A stretch of 64,000 nucleotides of DNA from Paraspadella gotoi (Eukaryota > Animalia > Chaetognatha). Location: contig CM119265.1 in NCBI GenBank assembly GCA_051294375.1, positions 5,200,355 through 5,264,354 of the forward strand, written 5' to 3'. Under the pieces are notes generated by a model that was not told the origin of the DNA, made no database searches, and saw nothing but the letters and a program-made list of their open reading frames with translations. Positions 13,454-27,676 of the stretch are shown piece by piece (positions within the stretch are counted from its first letter, which is position 1; each line of letters opens with the position of its first letter). A program made the translations under genes and the position numbers.

Positions 13454-16400
13454 NNNNNNNNNNNNNNNNNNNNNNNNNNNNNNNNNNNNNNNNNNNNNNN
13501 NNNNNNNNNNNNNNNNNNNNNNNNNNNNNNNNNNNNNNNNNNNNNNNNNNNNNNNNNNNNNNNNNNNNNNNNNNNNNNNNNNNNNNNNNNNNNNNNNNNN
13601 NNNNNNNNNNNNNNNNNNNNNNNNNNNNNNNNNNNNNNNNNNNNNNCATCATCATCATAATCATCATCATCAGCATCATTATAATTCTCATCAACATCGT
13701 CATCATTTTTGCACCTTCGTTCCACTTCACTTATCACCACTTGAAATTATCTCCATAACTCCCTTTCCCCTTCACCCACCTCCATCGACTCCCACCCCCC
13801 CTCCTCTTCAACCTTACCCTCTCACCGACGGACCGTTAAAAACGGGTCTCTTCGTCGACCTCACCTTCTCCGCTTCAACGCCATCGTTTTACGACTCCAC
13901 CAGAGCCTCGAACCTCGGCGGACTTAACCCCAGCAGATCCCCAGGGGCTTAACCCCGGCGGTCTTCGGATAGACCTCGGCAGAGAGCAGGCAGACCTCGG
14001 ACCAGCACCGGCAAGACCTCTGAGGAGCTATCAACGGACAAAGGCGGAAATCGCAGCCGCTGCATCCGCTACATCTGCTGCATTCGCTTAGAGATTCGTT
14101 TTTACCTCCTGCATCTCCTTCTCGCTGGCGGTTTTTAACTCTTCACTTCGACTAGAATTCGTGAAAAAACTTAACAGAATCACATAAATAGTTCTTGTTT
14201 TCCACATCTTTGTTCAAATTAATTTTTGAAGATGTTTTTCATTCGCGGAGACTCCAACGGCTCCGAGCAAAAGTGCGGCCATTAAAAAAAATTATGCTTT
14301 ATTCCTTCGAATCCCCTCAGCAACTTAAAAATAGCTCTCGGTACATCGTCTCGCCGCTAGGTTTATTTCTTCTTTTTCTTGCGGCTCAGAAAACAATAAT
14401 AATAATTCACCTATCATAAAACATTATGACTTCCTTATCTCAACGCTTGAAACTCTCTCTCTCTCTCTCTCNNNNNNNNNNNNNNNNNNNNNNNNNNNNN
14501 NNNNNNNNNNNNNNNNNNNNNNNNNNNNNNNNNNNNNNNNNNNNNNNNNNNNNNNNNNNNNNNNNNNNNNNNNNNNNNNNNNNNNNNNNNNNNNNNNNNN
14601 NNNNNNNNNNNNNNNNNNNNNNNNNNNNNNNNNNNNNNNNNNNNNNNNNNNNNNNNNNNNNNNNNNNNNNNNNNNNNNNNNNNNNNNNNNNNNNNNNNNN
14701 NNNNNNNNNNNNNNNNNNNNNNNNNNNNNNNNNNNNNNNNNNNNNNNNNNNNNNNNNNNNNNNNNNNNNNNNNNNNNNNNNNNNNNNNNNNNNNNNNNNN
14801 NNNNNNNNNNNNNNNNNNNNNNNNNNNNNNNNNNNNNNNNNNNNNNNNNNNNNNNNNNNNNNNNNNNNNNNNNNNNNNNNNNNNNNNNNNNNNNNNNNNN
14901 NNNNNNNNNNNNNNNNNNNNNNNNNNNNNNNNNNNNNNNNNNNNNNNNNNNNNNNNNNNNNNNNNNNNNNNNNNNNNNNNNNNNNNNNNNNNNNNNNNNN
15001 NNNNNNNNNNNNNNNNNNNNNNNNNNNNNNNNNNNNNNNNNNNNNNNNNNNNNNNNNNNNNNNNNNNNNNNNNNNNNNNNNNNNNNNNNNNNNNNNNNNN
15101 NNNNNNNNNNNNNNNNNNNNNNNNNNNNNNNNNNNNNNGTGCCATCATCGCCTTTCCCTTTTTATTCCTTTTTTCTCTCGTTTATTCACCTTTTTATTCG
15201 CGCTGAAAACCGAGGAACATACTTCCCCTTTATTNNNNNNNNNNNNNNNNNNNNNNNNNNNNNNNNNNNNNNNNNNNNNNNNNNNNNNNNNNNNNNNNNN
15301 NNNNNNNNNNNNNNNNNNNNNNNNNNNNNNNNNNNNNNNNNNNNNNNNNNNNNNNNNNNNNNNNNNNNNNNNNNNNNNNNNNNNNNNNNNNNNNNNNNNN
15401 NNNNNNNNNNNNNNNNNNNNNNNNNNNNNNNNNNNNNNNNNNNNNNNNNNNNNNNNNNNNNNNNNNNNNNNNNNNNNNNNNNNNNNNNNNNNNNNNNNNN
15501 NNNNNNNNNNNNNNNNNNNNNNNNNNNNNNNNNNNNNNNNNNNNNNNNNNNNNNNAATTCGAATGGATCGACCAGAGCATAAAAGATGCGCAGTATTCTC
15601 GGTTCAGGTGGCTGAAAGTTAAGTCTTAATGTGGTTTGGAGCTTGGAATGCACGGACAAAAGCTTGTTTCGGATGTGGTACTTATTCGTATTCGTATTAA
15701 TTTTAGTTTTTTTAGTTACTTGAGAAAGTCGGCAAAGCTGGGGTAGTTTGAAATGTTATGGATTTTCTATTTATCTACTTGGTAAAAATTTTTGACAAAT
15801 AGCCCCTCCAATAAAGACACGAAAGAAGATTTATGTATTTTTGATAAAATGGAGAATTTTCGTCTTCGATACTAAAAATATTCTTTCTATGTTCAATTAT
15901 GAAACGTGAAAAAAGAAAATCGATGAATCCTGGGGATCGAGCGTGAACTCCGGTTAAGACAGTTTAAAATAACCGACTGCGTCCGTAAATCGCTATACTT
16001 AAAAGGCGACGGGGTGGAATCAAAAGTGGCACCGGGAGTGGCATCGGTGAATAAAGTGAATCGCAGCTGCGACATGAAAGCCAATGATACCCGAACAGAA
16101 ACGGCGACAATTTAAATCTCTCCTCGCGGATTCCCGATTTCATTCTTTCGATCTTTTGGTCTTTGGGGATTTTTTTTTTATGGCGGCGATAATGATTATA
16201 GGAAAAGTGATTTTTTTTTTTGATCGTCTTTGTCGTCTTCGTCTTTGTCGTCGTCTTCTTTGTCGTCGTCGTCGTCGTCGTCGCTTTTGGCTGTTTTCCC
16301 CTGAACTCTGGAAAATCCTTGAACCTTTCACTTTTCTCTCTTTTATCGTTTGCATGAAAGCGAGGATTTTTTTTCTCTCTGAGATTTGGCGACGTTTACT

Positions 16401-16830
16401 TATTTTCTCACTCTTCTTTGTAAATCGGATGATCCTTTGTGGGATTTGTTTACTTCGGTTTATCTTCTGGCTTTGATTTGCTTTTAACCCTGGCTCTGAG
16501 CCTCTGAGCGTAGCCTAAGAATCATAATGTTTAAGCTTAACTTGGGTTTTTATTCTTTGACTGGTGGAAAATTATTATATAGATATGTATAATTGTATAT
16601 TAGTATGAATATTGTAGTCTTCGTAAAGGCGGTGAGATAAGAAAAGAGTGAAATCACGCATCATCTGGTCGCAACGTGCATCTCGGGAAAATTAATGTCC
16701 GACAAATTCTTCATCCTGCTTCACCCAGAAAAAAAAAATCCGGAAAGTGATTTTCCGGATGTTGGTCAGTGAATTAGTCATCCGGTTGTGAATCGAGTTC
16801 AGAACCGGAAAATCCGGAAGGTGATGGAGC

Positions 16831-17045
16831 GAAAAAGGAGGAGAGAAAAAACGCAGGAAAGGAAAGAAAATAAGAAAAGGGAGGAAAGAAAAAACGGAGG
16901 AAAGGAAAGAAAATAAGAAAAAAGGAGGAAGAAAAAAACGAGGAAAGAAAGAAAATACGAAAAAGGAGGAGATAAAGAGAGGAAACGAAAGAAAAAGGAG
17001 GAGAGAAAAAACGGAGGAAAGGAAAGAAAATACGAAAAAGGAAAA
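16831..17045 (+). repeat. Purine-rich minisatellite, ~43-bp unit, ~5 diverged copies
   Basis: Unit approximately gaaaaaggaggagagaaaaaacggaggaaaggaaagaaaata(a/c). Confidence 0.75.
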
Positions 17046-17699
17046 GAAAATAAAAGAAAACGGGGAGGAAGCGAGAGATGGGCGGAGGAGAAGAAAGACA
17101 AATGGAGATCGATGAAGGAAGGAGAGAAAGGAGTCTAAACTGGACAAAGAAAAGAAAGGAAAGTGAAGGAGTTTAAGAGAAGAAGAAAAAAAAACACAGA
17201 AAAGTCGGACAGACTAGTTAACCGAATCAACGGAAGACAAATCATCCTTTTCTTTTTTTTTTTTCTTTTTTTTTTCGTTCGACCTCGAGAACTCGTATAT
17301 CTTTTCCGAAGAGATGAGACAGGCGGAAATCGAGAAAGATTTTTTTGCCGAGAAATAACTTTTTCGTTGCCGGATGATGAAAATTTTTTTTTCTGCCGAG
17401 AAAAACAATTCTTTCCTGCGGGAAATGATTCTTCTCGATCCGGATAGAAAGATGAAGACTCTCGGATGGGGAAACTCGTTTTTGTTTTTTTTTGTTTTTT
17501 CCTACTTCAGAGCCAAAGTCGAAAGTTCGCGGGTAATCAATTTCCCGCAAATGTCGAAAAAAGAAGTTTCCATTTTTAGTCTCACGCATCACAATCTATG
17601 CTCTCAGCAATAACTCTTCTCAAACCCGAATTCTTCCCTTCTCCAACTTTTTTTTTTCAATTCCATTTCTGTCTCATTTGTTTCTCCGCTTTTAGACTC

Positions 17700-18385
17700 G
17701 CGATGCCAGCGCCGTTGGGATTTCTCTGCAAAACTCAGTCCTCGTTTTTCATTTCATTCTCGCGACTCGAGAAAGACCTTCGGCGTCTTTGTGGCGCGGC
17801 CCGTGGCGTGGCGTCGGTGAGACTTCGAAGATGCGGCCTCTCACGTCGAGCTGACGATGACGCCAGAGCGGGAGTGATTGTGAAGAGCGGGATTTCACAA
17901 AGTTCACGTGATCCGTCATTTCCGTCGAATCGCGACGTGGATTTATAAAGACGATTCACATCGTCGTAGAATCGACCGACTTACGCCGCTTCCGCCGCAG
18001 CCGCCACCGCCGCTGCCGGCACCGACGCCGCCCAAAAACGGCCTTTGATTCAACGACGCGATTGTTCCGCGCGCGCGATTTTCTTCTACGGGGATTTGAA
18101 AATTACGAAAATGTGCGCGCGAAGGCGACCGCAAAAACGAGACGGGGTCCACCCACCGACTCTCTGTCGCGTGTGCGCGATTAAGAAACCGCGCCCGCAC
18201 TCTCTCGCGACCTTCATGCGCGCTGCGCATGCGCAGAAAATCCTTTAATCGCACGCACGAGCACACGCTACCTTGAGTCGCTGACTCGCATTCCTTCGAA
18301 CGACGCACGCGTCTCGCTCATTTCCCTCGGCGTCCGATCATCTAGCGCGCATTGTGCGTCAGAAACTTGCACGCGCGAATGCTCT
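17700..18385. promoter_or_regulatory. CpG/GC-rich promoter- or enhancer-like island inside the DDR intron
   Basis: 14-bp palindrome CTGCGCATGCGCAG (18223-18236, NRF1/ewg-type), TCTCGCGA (~18203), E-box CACGTG (~17905) and many CGCG. Confidence 0.35.
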
Positions 18386-21300
18386 CTCTCTCTCTCTCTC
18401 TCTCTNNNNNNNNNNNNNNNNNNNNNNNNNNNNNNNNNNNNNNNNNNNNNNNNNNNNNNNNNNNNNNNNNNNNNNNNNNNNNNNNNNNNNNNNNNNNNNN
18501 NNNNNNNNNNNNNNNNNNNNNNNNNNNNNNNNNNNNNNNNNNNNNNNNNNNNNNNNNNNNNNNNNNNNNNNNNNNNNNNNNNNNNNNNNNNNNNNNNNNN
18601 NNNNNNNNNNNNNNNNNNNNNNNNNNNNNNNNNNNNNNNNNNNNNNNNNNNNNNNNNNNNNNNNNNNNNNNNNNNNNNNNNNNNNNNNNNNNNNNNNNNN
18701 NNNNNNNNNNNNNNNNNNNNNNNNNNNNNNNNNNNNNNNNNNNNNNNNNNNNNNNNNNNNNNNNNNNNNNNNNNNNNNNNNNNNNNNNNNNNNNNNNNNN
18801 NNNNNNNNNNNNNNNNNNNNNNNNNNNNNNNNNNNNNNNNNNNNNNNNNNNNNNNNNNNNNNNNNNNNNNNNNNNNNNNNNNNNNNNNNNNNNNNNNNNA
18901 CATTGTCTCGTTTCCAAATCACAAAGCGATGACTTAGCACAAAGCAACGAGTTTCCCTGTATTCCTGGCAACCGCCGTCTCCCTTCCGAAATCCATCAAG
19001 TCGATTTAAGAAGAAATAAAATTTCGCTGCGACGGAAATTAAAGCGATAAATTTTCAATAAACGACTACGAAAACCGCGATTTGCGGCTGATAAAAACAG
19101 TCGAGCGACGAACCCGCCGGTTCAAATATTGGCACAGTTGTTTCCAAAGCGGAGGGAAAAAGAAGAGAGAGAAAAGAGAGAAGGGAGAGAGAGGAAAAAA
19201 ATGGCAATTAGCGGAGCAGGCGCGAGTGGCGGGAACTGCCACTCGTTTATTTTGTCGCGTCGTTCGCAGATGCCACAAATCGCGTGCCAGTTGAACATTG
19301 ACCTCGTTGGGAGATTTTTTTTTTTTTACTCTTGACTTTGAAAGAGAGGACCACAAAGGCTGATAAATATTCTTTACGGGATTCAACGAGCATCTTTAAG
19401 TCAAGGCATGAGTCATTTTAAACAAAGAGACAAGAGAGTTATACTTCTTATTTCAACGATTCTACTAGAAGTCAAGTTTGCCCTTTCTCTGTTGTATTAC
19501 AGCCCTTGTAAATCACTATTTCCCCTCTCGTTTTCGTCTCTGCTCTCTTTGGCCCGAGCAATGAATTTCCTCCTTCACAGATACTCACGACAGAATCCTA
19601 CAACGAGTCCGGCCTCTTACAACTCCGCCTCTTATCTCTCCTCAGTTTCGGCCTCTCACGTTTCTCTGTTCTGTGATGATTTCGCTCTCGACTACATCTC
19701 GTATCTGCATCCGTAAAACCATCAATCAAGTCTTGGCCGACGGTCAAGCGCTTTTAACGGGAAAGACGATAACGACGACGAAAACTGCGACGATGCCGCC
19801 TCGCCAAGTCTTGACCCTCTAGAGACGCGCCTGCGCAAAAGCGACCGACTCGTCCATCACCATCCACGTCGACGCCAGAGTTGCGCCATAAAGTGTCTTC
19901 GCGTCGTCCGCGAGAGGCGTTGGTGACGGGAGGTGACGCTAGTGTCGCTGGGAAGATTTTTCTTAAAAACTTGCGAAGCGTTTTTATTTCTTTGCTGTGT
20001 GGCAAATAAAATTGCAATGTACTTAGAACACAACGCAAGTTTGCAGATGGAAAATAATTATTAGACAAGATAATTGAATCTCTTTCCTATTCAATCAATG
20101 TTCATTATTTATCAACCGGAAAGACTCGTTTGCTCTCGTAACTCACTAACGTTTTATTGCAGTTGCGCTTGTTGCGTTTCTGTCGTTTTTGTGATTCTGC
20201 TTCTCGTTTCGTCCTCCTCGTCGTTGTAGTCGGCGTCTTCGTCGTCGTCGTCGTCATCGTCGTCGTCTTCCCCCGGCATTGTTGTCCAATGATCCGAAAC
20301 TTTTGGCCGGAGACCCGTGAAATGACGGATGAAAGGCTAGGACCCTCGCGACTCTCTCGGCCACCGACCTTCCGATCCGTCAGACCGAGCGAGCGCCAAT
20401 TTTCGCCCAAAGTCACCCACCCATCGGCGACCACCAACTCCCCCGGATGACCCCCAACCCCCCCACGGCTGACCGCCACCAACTCCCTTCCTTCGAAGAG
20501 GCAACGGCCACTCTCTCTTTCTTTCCGTCGGGAAAACATTTAACGACTACAGTTTGTATCCGTCGGTTCGACGTCGTTGACCGAGGAAGCCCGAACATCC
20601 CTCAACTCATATCNNNNNNNNNNNNNNNNNNNNNNNNNNNNNNNNNNNNNNNNNNNNNNNNNNNNNNNNNNNNNNNNNNNNNNNNNNNNNNNNNNNNNNN
20701 NNNNNNNNNNNNNNNNNNNNNNNNNNNNNNNNNNNNNNNNNNNNNNNNNNNNNNNNNNNNNNNNNNNNNNNNNNNNNNNNNNNNNNNNNNNNNNNNNNNN
20801 NNNNNNNNNNNNNNNNNNNNNNNNNNNNNNNNNNNNNNNNNNNNNNNNNNNNNNNNNNNNNNNNNNNNNNNNNNNNNNNNNNNNNNNNNNNNNNNGGGGG
20901 GGGGCGGTTTGGTGGAGTGGAATTAGTAAGGGATCGAATCCATTTCAATGCTACTAGATTTTAACGTGTTCGATTCCCGTTGTTCCAGGATAGTGTCGAG
21001 CTTGCGTTTTGTACTTTTTTTTCAAGTTTTAACGATTTGCTTCCTACGAACTCTTTATTATTACGTACATGTGAATATAGATGTAATTCTTCATTTAATC
21101 TCAATCTAAATATGACAAGATTTCGAAATTCTTCAAATCCAGAATCCAAAAGTAGTTTTCCGAGATTGTGAAAACTCACTTTACCTTTTTCGTTGGTCAT
21201 CTTCTCTCCTAATTCTTTTTCCTCCACGTCCCTTAGTCCGCCTTTCCCTCCCCCCTTTACCGATTTCCCATCTTCTTTGCCCGTCTACGCGAAGCCGCGG

Positions 21301-22799
21301 TTTTGCATATTTAGCATCTTTCGGGCTCATCTCTCTCTCTCCAACCGCGAGTGCACGTATTTTCCGTGCGTGTCTACTCGTTCTATCAGTGCGCAGGCTT
21401 AGTTTGCACGCGGTTTGGTTAAGATGGGCACCGAAATCGTTGAATTAGATTAATTAAAAGAGAGGGAGTTAAAGGGAAGCAAACTGACTGACCAACGAAT
21501 GAGTCGTGGCAGTAGTACAAAGCTTGAATTGGAACTACGTAAGTTCACGACTACGAGAAGAGAATAAAAACAAAACAAAAACCTAATCAAGTGACTGGAG
21601 AGTGGAGATGAATGGCGCTGATCAAGACAAGGCGCCAGTCTGTGACCGTGAATGNNNNNNNNNNNNNNNNNNNNNNNNNNNNNNNNNNNNNNNNNNNNNN
21701 NNNNNNNNNNNNNNNNNNNNNNNNNNNNNNNNNNNNNNNNNNNNNNNNNNNNNNNNNNNNNNNNNNNNNNNNNNNNNNNNNNNNNNNNNNNNNAAGAAAA
21801 AGTGTTTCAAGAAGTGAAAAAGAATTAAATAAGAAAGATTCAAGGTCTTTTAAAAAAGGAAAAGAGCTGGACGAAAAGAGAGACAGCGTTGAAACAGAAA
21901 GGAATCCATTCATTCTTTATTAGCCCTTTGCTTTTTAAATTTTTCGCTATGAAATCAAATTTACCAAGTTATCTTCTTCGCCTAACATTAAGCCTTATCA
22001 TTACCTTCCACTCTAACGTCTCCATTACCCATTACCCAATTTTCAAAACCGTCATTACCTTTTCCCGCATCCCTAATCGTTTTCCTCTCCGGAAATTCGG
22101 ACCCGCCCATTTGGCAGCGCCACTAACCCCCCCGCCGCCGCCCCCACTACCAAAATCAACGGGCGTGTTTGCTCAGCGTTCAGTGTCCGCTGACTGGCAA
22201 CGCCGATTGTTTGCTCGATTGTTTGCGGGACTGTTTGCTCTTTAGGCTCGCCGCTCGGTGGAGCCAGATTAACTTTCGTTTTTGAGGATTCGCGGAAAAT
22301 GGTTTATCCAAACAAGTTACAGCGGGATGGGCTTGCTTGAGGCAAGTTTCGGAGAAGGTTAATATCACAGAATGTAAGAATTAGGTTTATTTGATAGATT
22401 AATTCACAATGGACAGCCCGAAGTTTTTTTCGCTTGTAGAGAATTTTCTGCTTGTCGAAAAAACGCAATTTTTACATTCCTCTGTGAAAGCGTCAGATCA
22501 TCAAACTCGCTTTTGTAACAGTCATTTAACAGTTCCCTGTCTCAAATATTGTTATCATAATGCTCAATCATAATATATTAATCTACACTATAATAAAAAT
22601 AGTAATTCATGTACCTAGGTAATCATTCTTCGGCATTGTCATCTTCGTCGAATCTCTCGTCATTGTCATTGTCATCGGGGTCTTTGACGCTGACATCGAT
22701 GACGCGACATGACGCGGACGTCACCGGATTCGTCAATACGTTAATCTCGTGGATTCAGTTTTCGCCACGAAAACCGAAGGACCGAAATCGAAGGGAACG

Positions 22800-23208
22800 A
22801 AAGACAAGAGAAGAAAAAAGAAAAGAAAGAAAAAAGAAGAGAAAAAGAAAAGGACGAAAAAGAAAAGAAAGGAAAAAAAAGAGAAAAAGAAAAGGAAGAG
22901 AAAGAAAAAAAAGAAAAAAAAGAAAAAGAAAATGACGAGAAAGAAAAAGAAAAAAAAGAAAAAAAAGAGAAAATAAAAAAGGAAGAGAAAGAAAAAGAAA
23001 AGAAAGAAAAAAGAAGAGAAAAAGAAAATGACGAAAAAGAAAAGAAAGGGGAAAAAAAGAGAAAAAGAAAAGGAAGAGAAAGAAAAAGAAGAGAAAAAGA
23101 AAATGAGGAAAAATAAAAAGAAAAGAAAGGAAAAAAAAGAAGAGAAAAAGAAAAGGAAGAGAAAGAAAAAGATAAAGAAAAAGAAAAGGAAGAGAAAGAA
23201 AAAAAGAG
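22800..23208 (+). repeat. ~400-bp almost pure A/G low-complexity tract
   Basis: Reiterated aaaaagaaaaggaagagaaag-type units; source of the K/R/E-rich and F/S/L-rich spurious ORFs. Confidence 0.9.
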
Positions 23209-24963
23209 TCGGAAATTCGTTGACTCATCGTCGGACTGATCGCGTCCGATCGCGGGAGGAGGGGGAGGATGAAGAGGAGGAGGAAGATGAAGAGGAGGAG
23301 GAGGAGGAGGAGGAGGAAAAGGGTTGAGAGTTCCCGTCAATCGGGGCGGGGTCGTCGGAGTGGCGGGAAATGAAGCACCATGGGACGGAAAAAATCGCGG
23401 AAATCTTTAAAGCAGACGCAAAGAGAGAGAGAGAGTGGAGTGGGAGTTGTAGGGAGAGAGTGAAATAGAGAGCGAGTGACTGAAAAAATTTAGGAAAGGA
23501 TTCATCCTTGCAGAATCGCGAAATTGACTCGATCGTTAAAACGTCAAAACTAAATAATCTTGAAAATGAACGGGATTCGTCACGTTTCTATGGCAACTCT
23601 CGACGAAAGTTTTGTTTATTTTTTCGATTCCGTTGGGTTAAAAAAAAAGTAATTTGCTCACGTTCTTGTAAACATCATTAAGAAAATCTGAGCCAAGTAA
23701 TAATGTACTAATACGTTTTTGGACGTTTAATTTTTTGGACGATATTTTTCTTCTGGTTTAATTCAATTCATAAATAGTTTTTTTTATCACGCATTCACGT
23801 CGCAAACACAAAGTTATTTTCACGGACTTTTAAACCGCGAAATGCAATTGTCCCCTTTTCCGCTTTCATTTCCGTTTTCTCACGTTTTATCACATTCCTT
23901 CGCCCTTTTTCACGATCCTTCACATGCGCGAAGCGATGAGCGAGACTTTGAGGATGAGTCATTGAGTCACGTTCGACTCTGTCCCGTCGGCCCGCATTTC
24001 GTCGGAGCCACGTTCCTTCCATGTCACGTTCCTTCAATGTCAGGATTTGCGATTGATGTCAGTGCTACTCTTTGATTGTAATACAAACATATTTTTCTTT
24101 TTTGATTTAACAGTTGTATTTAGATGGTTATAGATGATANNNNNNNNNNGACGAGGATGACGTCAATGGAATCGGAAAGGAAGATGAAGGCGAAACAAAA
24201 GACGAAACGGGGAAAAAGACGAAACAACGAAACGGGAAAAGACGAATCAGGAAAAGACGAAACAGGAAATGCCACAGGAGAACGAAGCAGGAAAAGAAAA
24301 AAATCAGAATGAGGTTAAAAACGAGAAAATAAAAAAGACGAAGAAAAAGACAAAAAAACGAAAGGAGAGAAAACAAAAAGACAGAAGACGAAAACGATGA
24401 TTCATCTAAGAACGACATTAATTGACAATAGGAGGCTGACATGAGGTGTCAGGCAGGGCGAAGGGAAAAACTTAAAAGAAACTAGTAAACTTTTGAATAC
24501 AAAGAGAAGAAAAACGAGGAAATTGTTAAACTAACGAACGTCAGTACATAGATAGGAGACGTGCTCATTCAAAAGAAATCTGAAAATGTCGAACTGAACA
24601 AAAATCGTCGAGGGTCAAGGGAAGGACCTGATGGCAAGGAAAGAGGATTCGGTGACCACAATAAGAAGAGAGATTTCAGTTATCGTCAATAGGATTTCGG
24701 GCTCTGTAACCTCTTCCCGCCCCCCCGGCTTGGCCCCTCTCCACCCCTAAATCTTCTGACCCCGACAATTACGCCTGCATTTCTTGCTCAACACTGATCT
24801 TCAAGGTTCCAACGGCTTCTTTCTTTCGCCACTTCTGGTTTGGTAGTTTAGTGCCAGTCCCTTTCCTAGACGATGGGGCGTTCGTAATCCTCGATATTCC
24901 TCGCCATACAATAAGCCAATAAATCCAAGAAGAGGAGAGTAGAGAGAGAGAGAGAGAGAGAAG

Positions 24964-25015
<52 letters not shown>

Positions 25016-25072
25016 AAAAAAGAGAGATGAGAGAGAGAGAGAAGGTGGAGAGAGCGAGAGAGATAGAGAGAG

Positions 25073-25115
<43 letters not shown>

Positions 25116-27596
25116 AGAAAGAGAGAGAGAGAGAGAGAGAAGAGAGGAGAGAGAGGGACGGCCTCTGATCTAGATTTGCTTCCAATCAAACTCCATCTGC
25201 GCGAAGAATCATTCGCCCTCCCGACAGTAAGCAACCCCTAGCCTCTCTCCTCTTGGCCTTCCGCTATTGACTATCCCCGTTTCGCGGGCGGCTGAAGCCC
25301 AACAATAGGGCCCGGGCGAGTCAAAGAATTTGGGATAGTAAAAGGTCAACAAGTCAACCGAGCGCCCGCCATCCGGCCTTCCGCGTCGGTACACGAAACC
25401 GACGAAGCAGATTTCAAGAAAAAAGAAAAAAGAAAGAACGAAAAAAAAAAGAAGAAAAAAGATCAAATTCCTTTTTTCTTAGGGCGCACGACTTTTCTCG
25501 CTGGGACGTGAAGAGCTTTCTCGGACCGGAGGGAAGATATATCCACGCCTGCGGCTCGTTGCAGATTAAAATCCCCCTAGAAAAAAATAATGAGATATTG
25601 GAGAGAGAGAGAGAGAGGGGGGAGAGAGAGAGAGAAGAGAGAGAGAGAGGAGAGAGGAGAAAGAGAGAGAAGAGAAGAGAAAAGAAGAGAGAGAGAGAGG
25701 AAAGAGTAACAGAAAAAGAGAGTTAAGTTGCCTGTAACGAAGCGAAAGAGGCGAGGTGGGTGGATATGACGATAGTCGTGAGATTAGCATAAATATGGCG
25801 GAGCTGAACCTCTCTTTTTTTTCGGCTACGATTCATCTCGCTCTCTCCTCTCTCTATCTCTCTCCGTCTCCCCTGTCGTCTCTCCCTACTCTCTCTCTGC
25901 TCTCTCTCTCTCTCGTCGCTCTCTCTCTTCTCTATCTCTCCTATTCCATAGCATTTAATGAAAAAGGATCAAGAAATGTAATATGTAGAGGTAGCTTTTT
26001 AGGGCAAGTTTCTAAGAGTACCTAGCCTAAAAGCTCACTCTTTCGTGTTTCATATAATACCCTTCGTGCTCATCTCTCTCTCTCTCTCTCTCTCTTCCTC
26101 GTCTGCTCTCTCTCGTCAGTCAGCTTTGCTGCTCTCTGCTCTCTCTCTGCTCTGCTCTCTCTCTTCGCGCATGNNNNNNNNNNNNNNNNNNNNNNNNNNN
26201 NNNNNNNNNNNNNNNNNNNNNNNNNNNNNNNNNNNNNNNNNNNNNNNNNNNNNNNNNNNNNNNNNNNNNNNNNNNNNNNNNNNNNNNNNNNNNNNNNNNN
26301 NNNNNNNNNNNNNNNNNNNNNNNNNNNNNNNNNNNNNNNNNNNNNNNNNNNNNNNNNNNNNNNNNNNNNNNNNNNNNNNNNNNNNNNNNNNNNNNNNNNN
26401 NNNNNNNNNNNNNNNNNNNNNNNNNNNNNNNNNNNNNNNNNNNNNNNNNNNNNNNNNNNNNNNNNNNNNNNNNNNNNNNNNNNNNNNNNNNNNNNNNNNN
26501 NNNNNNNNNNNNNNNNNNNNNNNNNNNNNNNNNNNNNNNNNNNNNNNNNNNNNNNNNNNNNNNNNNNNNNNNNNNNNNNNNNNNNNNNNNNNNNNNNNNN
26601 NNNNNNNNNNNNNNNNNNNNNNNNNNNNNNNNNNNNNNNNNNNNNNNNNNNNNNNNNNNNNTTTTTCTCCAGCGTCCAATATTCTCGATGTATAATTTTA
26701 CGGTCATCGGCCGTCGTCCGCTTTCGGTCTCCTCATTTTGATGGATTAACTAGAAGAAGATTAATTTCATCGGTCACTCGCCCCATATTCGACAGTCTTA
26801 CCCCATCATATGGTTCCAAGCGCTAGACTATATCAAAATCTTCCATTCTCCCCGTTTAGGACCCTACCTAAAATAATAAATACCCTGGTAAAGAATAATT
26901 GAAGATCATAAACGGTCTCAGTTTACGAAGGTAAGTTTTACAGAACCTCAGTTCTCAACGATTTCCTTAAAGCAACTCTCGTCCTTGAAAAAGAAGGAAG
27001 AGCCAAAGTTCTTCTGCGAAAAGTAAAAGTGTCTTTCTCTCGCTTCATCAAAGAAAGGGTGCATCGACCCCTTCACAGCCTTCACAGCCTTCACAGCTTT
27101 CACATACTTCAATCACACCACCACCCCAACCACCGCACCCATTAATTCCGAGTCACCCGCCACCATCCCTTTCAGTTTCGCCCCCGATTTTTGGGGAATG
27201 GAATCGAACTTTCGATGACATCGGGTTGTGACGGGTATGGGGTGGTGAGGGGTGATCGGGGTGTTTGTCTGTCATGCTGGTGAAAGGGATGTTAAGGGGA
27301 AAGGGGGGTATGACTTGGTGGGGACATTGAGTGACAAGAAGCCAAGAGTGAGAGTAGAGTGGCGTGGAGTGGAGAGTATGTATTTGCGAGAGTAGTAGCG
27401 TTTTAAAATCGGTGAGAACTTCCAAGGTAGAATATCCTGATATTGGAGAGCAGGACGTGAGTGAAGGAATCCCTATCTGTGAGAGGTGGAGGATGGGTGA
27501 ATGAGTAGAATAAGAAGGGTTTTTGTAATTGCGTTTCGGGTTTTAGATTTTCCACGTGTTTGATTCGACTTCCCCCAAAAAAATTTAAACCCCAAG

Positions 27597-27676
<80 letters not shown>

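Noticed and set aside
22609-23340. Long K/R/E-rich and F/S/L-rich ORFs, and similar ORFs throughout, including all X-containing ones
   Set aside because: Products of stop-free microsatellite or purine tracts and N-gaps; no coding evidence.
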